This document shows positions 57,452-62,094 of a stretch of 62,094 nt of DNA, one piece after another. The position numbers were made by a program, and so were the translations under genes. Origin of the DNA: Alloascoidea hylecoeti (lineage: Eukaryota); assembly GCA_001600815.1 (NCBI GenBank), contig BCKZ01000010.1, positions 556,142-618,235 of the forward strand, given 5' to 3'. The notes under the pieces were generated by a model. It did not search any database. It saw nothing but the letters and a program-made list of their open reading frames with translations, and was not told the origin of the DNA. Numbering within the stretch: the stretch's first letter is position 1; the number at the start of each line of letters is the position of its first letter.

Positions 57452-58849
57452 TTTCATATAATATTCCATATCGATATCCAAAAAAAAAAAAAAAACATTA
57501 ATCCTAACCATAAACCAAACCAAACCTTTAACCCTCACTCAAGCTTGGGATCTAAATTTATATTTACATTTTCATACTTCATATTTCATATTTCATTTCA
57601 TATTTTTTGTCTTTTAATATTAATTTAATCTAATTAATTTAATTGGCTTGCACCTTTTCTTTATCTGTTTATCTTATTACTTTATTTGTCAAGCATAATA
57701 TAACCATAACACTAATTTATGAAAAAAAATATAAGAAAAAAGTCATTTCCATCTTTAATTAGTTACTAGTTGTTATCTCTTTATCTTTATCATTTTTGTT
57801 TTTATTTATTTTTATTTTTATTTTTATTTTCATTATTTTATTTCATTTCTCTGTTTGCAATTAATATTGTAATTGTAATTTGCAAATTGCAAACCCAAAC
57901 CCAAACCCAACCCAACATAATCAAAAATCAAACAATCAAATCAAATCAAAATCAAAAACATCCAATTTCAATTTCAATCTCAAATTTAATTTTAATTTTA
58001 ATATTAATTTCTTTTAAATTTTGTTAAATATAATTTTGAATTCAAATAAAAAATTAAGGAATTTTTTTGATTTTTTTGATTTTTATTTCTACTTTTATTT
58101 TTTATCTTATATTATTTAAAACTTATTAAGTTATTAATATTTTAATTTGCTTTACTTTAACACAACTTTTCTCAAAAAAAATTATTCTGTTTAAAACTTT
58201 TAAGCCTCTCTTTTTTTAAATTATATAAATTCTATTATTCCCTTCTTTTGCTTGCTTATACAGCTCAAAACAATTCGTTTCATAATTTCACAAAAAATAC
58301 AAAAAACACTTGCTTATATCCTTTTTTTATCTTTGTTGCTCGTTTTATTCATATTATTGTGTTGTATAGCCCTTTTTCCTAGTTAAGTTTTATAAATAAA
58401 ATAGTTTGCATATTTTATAAAAATTAAAAACAAATTGTACATCTCATCATGTAGTATTGAAGATGTAATTAAGACATAAATAAACTATTATATTGTAACG
58501 ATGGTAACATCATTTTAAATCATAAATCACATGTTAAAATTTTATAAATATGTAATAATTTTTATAAACCTCCTTTTTTAAATTACATAATCCAACCTGA
58601 GCGTTTACTTGATTAGCGTTAATAACTGCCATAATAAGATGATCTCATGTCTCAATAAACTTATATTACTTATTCATTTATTTTTTAATTAAATGTCATG
58701 ATTGGTAAATAATCTTTTATCTATAAACACTGATACCGTAATGGTAAATCTTTCTCAATGCTATTACTAAGCATGTCAGCCATTCTTAGTAATTGGGGAT
58801 CATTTTAAGCATAACATAACCAGTCACGTGTATCTTGCTTAACATCCAA

Positions 58850-58921
58850 TCGGCAATAGTTTAGTGGCTAGAATTTCCGCCTGTCACGCGGGGGACCGGG
58901 GTTCAATTCCCCGTTGCCGAG
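58850..58921 (+). tRNA. tRNA-Asp (GTC)
   Basis: Acceptor stem TCGGCAA/TTGCCGA, anticodon arm TCCGC-CTGTCAC-GCGGG, T-arm CGGGG-TTCAATT-CCCCG; followed by a T-rich terminator. Confidence 0.97.
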
Positions 58922-59608
58922 TTTTCTTTTTTGCTACCATCAATGCAATAAATGTGCCATGATCCGCCCCTCCTTCTCTAAAAAAAGAAGAACCCAAGTC
59001 ATGTGAATGTAAACAATTCAATTACAATTAAAATCTGTTTCATGAATCTCGAACTACGAGTGGATTAAATAATTTCACAACAAAATTTTAAAACCTATTG
59101 GCTAACTGACTCTTAGTACTGAGCATGGAATGGCTGAAGCGCTACACCAGTTCATAACTGTCACAAATCTCACATTCGAAATGTAGCAATTCAAAAACGA
59201 ATTGATTATTCTCAAATGAATAGGTCACCTCTTTAACTTGATCTTTTCCGGAAAGAAAGATGGTAGGATAAAAGATTTGTTAAAAATGCTAAACCAGAGG
59301 CGCTAAATTAAAGAGATAAAAACATTTAAAGACAAACAAGATGAAACACTTACATAACATGAGATTTCATAAATTGCTTACTAATTGTCATCATGATTAT
59401 ATCTCCTACCATAGGAAACTCATTTTTTTTTATTTTGGTTATCTATTCTATATGATTTAATTGCATGTCTGCTTTTGAATTCTTTTGTTAATCTACTTCA
59501 CAAACATTATCGGAGAGAACCGAACAGACACCAAGCTTCGATTTGATATGTACAACGGAGCACCCGTATAAAAGATGTAATTATAAGGTATGAATAACAA
59601 AAAATAAA

Positions 59609-59705
59609 CACCCACGGTGGGAGTCGAACCCACAATCTTCAGATTGCAACCTAAAGAAACTCTTTTAATAGAAGTCTGACGCCCTAACCATTAGGCTACG
59701 CGGGC
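59609..59705 (-). tRNA. tRNA-Arg (TCT) with 24-nt intron (59645-59668)
   Basis: Acceptor stem GCCCGCG/CGTGGGT, anticodon arm TCAGA-CT-TCT-A[intron]A-TCTGA, T-arm GTGGG-TTCGACT-CCCAC. Confidence 0.96.
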
Positions 59706-60242
59706 TTTGCGTTGTCTCCAGGTAAACCAACTCAACTCCAAGGGCTAGCCCTTATAATCTAGAGTTTTTATCAGTCTCGTGTGGCGTCAACGGGTAAGCC
59801 GATGCCCTCTATGAAGAGTAGTGCATACTGATTAGAAATCACTCCCAATCGTTTTAGCGACCTTGGTTAGATTCTGATGCGCGACAAAAATATTTGGGAA
59901 TTAGCACACACAAATAAAGACTATTAGATGCTCGTCATCTTGGCTGAGAATCCATCATTAGAGTGCTTACAGTGAAAACATCTGGGGGGTATTTAGTGGG
60001 TATTTCCCGGGGTCCTGGATTTATCTAGAAGGGTTGAGTCTGCAAATTGTTGTCTTACTAATGTAAGACTTCGTCTGAATAGGATTTCCTCCAAACTGAC
60101 CTGTAAAGTTAAAAAAAATTATATATATATAATAGAGATTTCCTCACAATTTACATAGTTTCTAGTTATATAATTTAATTAGAAAATATATGAAAGGTTA
60201 AAAAAAATCAACTTAAACACGTAAAATCCCTTTTGCTAAATG

Positions 60243-60543
60243 AAAAGAACCAAACTAACGGAAGGAGATAATCCAAAGATAGACTGGAGCGGTTACAGGA
60301 GTTTTGGAATGGTGTTGTATTCAGCGATATCTCCATTGTTCAGTCGTTAATTACAGGATCCGGATCTGGAAAAGTTTAGGGCTATCCCCGACCACAGTGA
60401 CGTCAGGTCTTTGAACTTCAAGATATTTGTAAAATAATGAATCCTGGGTCTATAATCCTTGTCCATATATGGTATGGAGTGGAATTTGGAAAGTTGGTTA
60501 CAATCTTGCCATTTAGAGCGCTAGCGGTTACCCAAGAAATTTA
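60243..60543 (+). mobile_element. Degenerate Tc1/mariner transposase fragment
   Basis: Reads KRTKLTE, a frameshift, then KDRLER...FWNGVVFSDIS...GSGKV*, later 'IWYG...GKLV'. Resembles Tc1 'K.P.LT...RL.W...W..V.FSDES'. Confidence 0.5.
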
Positions 60544-61652
60544 ATTATAATCTTGGCCTAGCTCCATATCCCATTCCAAGATGTTTCAGACTGAAAACAG
60601 TAGCTATTTATATTAAGTTCTAATAGAAAAATAGGTATAGTGAATAGAATAGTAGGTATAATTAAATTTAAGGAAGATGGAAATAGATAAAAAAAAATAG
60701 ATAATAATGTAGATAAGAATCTGCCATCAATTACCTGCTGTTCATATAATTTAGTTTAGTTTGTTCTATAATATTACTCGAAAAATTGAAAAGGAGACTA
60801 GATAAACATGCTTAAATGAGTTTATTACCTAATATTTAATTTTTGGGGCCTCTCTAGGGCTTGGCAAAGAAATAAAGAAGCAAAAAAAAAAAGGATTCAT
60901 CAAGCGAAACTTCTAGTCTGTCTGGTAAGAGTGATGATAAGATCACCACAGTCCTAACATTTATGAACTCTGATTATGATGTTTAGTTAGATGATGATAC
61001 TAAAGCTGTTAGACCAGTTGTAAGTTCTGAACAACCTATTCGAATTCGAAAAGGTATACCAAAAAAAAAAAAAAAAAAAAAAAACAGCCATGATTAAATA
61101 ATTATAAAAAATAAATAGAAAATATAATGAAACGGAATTAATCAATTGTAGAAAGTTTTGACTTGGAATTGGGGCCAAGTTCTGCGAAAAGATTGAATAT
61201 AATTGAGATCCTATTATTATGTTTCTATAGACATGAATATGATAATTTCTCTATTTTAGATATTTTATATACTAATAATTATGTTAGTATGATTTTTTTC
61301 TATGTAAAATATTGTAGTATATGTGCTCTCCCAATTAGGAAATGACAGCCCAAATATTTAATTAATATGCATGATCAAATAATCATGAAAGTTTACTCTA
61401 AACACTAGTCAACATCTCTAATGATCACATTTAGTATAATATATATATGCTATTAATTATATAGCATTATTTTTCTTTTTACTTATAATAAGGAGTTTAT
61501 ATATAACTAAGTTTTTATTTTGCACGCTTTATTGTCTTTCTAGATGCGCATATGAGTTTTATACATACATATACCTAAGATAAATATGTGCCAGTATAGT
61601 TAGACGAAGTTTTTCAGACTTGGTAATTTATGAAAGTTGACACAACCAGTAA

Positions 61653-61681
61653 CTCAGTGTTGGGTCCGAAGGAACACTGAG
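61653..61681. other. Perfect 9-bp hairpin
   Basis: CTCAGTGTT-N11-AACACTGAG, about 45 bp downstream of the stop codon of the GATA gene. Confidence 0.7.
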
Positions 61682-61725
61682 GGATCCGGATACGATACTC
61701 TCTCTCTCTCATACTTGCAGAAGGT

Positions 61726-62094
61726 TCAATTCAATAAATATGAAATAGCCATCTTTCTGTGAATTTCCGATGATGTGTGTATTATTATTTGCAAAGGAGT
61801 GGTACTGGTACTAACTCCACCATTATTATCTGCTGATGATATATTTCTTGCAACGGGGGGATTAATTGGAATATTGTGGTTTGACTTGTAATCCTCGATG
61901 TCGCTTAGTTTTCTACTTGCCCCACAAAAATGAGACAAAGGATGTTCCGTCTTGTATTTTTTTATTCTCCAATTCCAGAACTGAAGTGCTTCTTCCTCGG
62001 TGTCGAATTTCGACTCTTCCTTTTTAATGCATTTTCTCCAAAATATCCCACATGAGTTACAGATGTTGTCGACCTGCAGACTGATATTAGGACC
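61726..62094 (-). CDS. GATA-type zinc-finger protein, C-terminal part (5' end outside the window)
   Basis: The frame is open from the window end: GPNISLQVDNICNSCGIFWRK... (second Cys pair of a GATA finger), continuing into the listed 70-aa ORF that ends MAISYLLN. Confidence 0.7.
   Translation of the reverse strand, partial: GPNISLQVDNICNSCGIFWRKCIKKEESKFDTEEEALQFWNWRIKKYKTEHPLSHFCGASRKLSDIEDYKSNHNIPINPPVARNISSADNNGGVSTSTTPLQIIIHTSSEIHRKMAISYLLN

Noticed and set aside
58526..58830. ATCACATG and GTCACGTG as point-centromere CDEI elements
   Set aside because: No CDEII-length AT tract followed by a CCG-containing CDEIII. At most these are Cbf1/bHLH sites.

Overview
AT-rich eukaryotic (fungal, budding-yeast-like) chromosomal DNA with short spliceosomal introns and apparently standard CUG=Leu decoding. 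No CRISPR, rRNA or prokaryotic features. About 20 protein genes: two DHA1/QDR-type MFS paralogs around an arrestin, an intron-containing FMO, two Pex23-family peroxins, a head-to-head NGS1-like (GH3-GNAT)/DAC1 GlcNAc pair, a PDR-type ABC transporter, a class-2 DYRK kinase, a vezatin/Inp2-like protein, ERV41, ATG101, a CoA-binding protein, GPA2 and a partial GATA factor. There are also tRNA-Asp(GTC) and an intron-containing tRNA-Arg(TCT). The intergenic DNA is full of gene relics. Two intact genes in the window (the 818-aa membrane protein and the DYRK kinase) each have an inverted, internally shredded copy elsewhere in the window. Both copies lie just upstream of the same ~200-bp segment, which suggests an inverted segmental duplication with reciprocal gene loss. 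Other notable signals: sharp GC spikes at gene 5' ends within extremely AT-rich gene bodies, a 4x CCGGAACAATTA array, a dyad in the NGS1-DAC1 promoter, and isolated tRNA A-box and B-box halves. All family assignments come from motif recognition by eye, not database searches.
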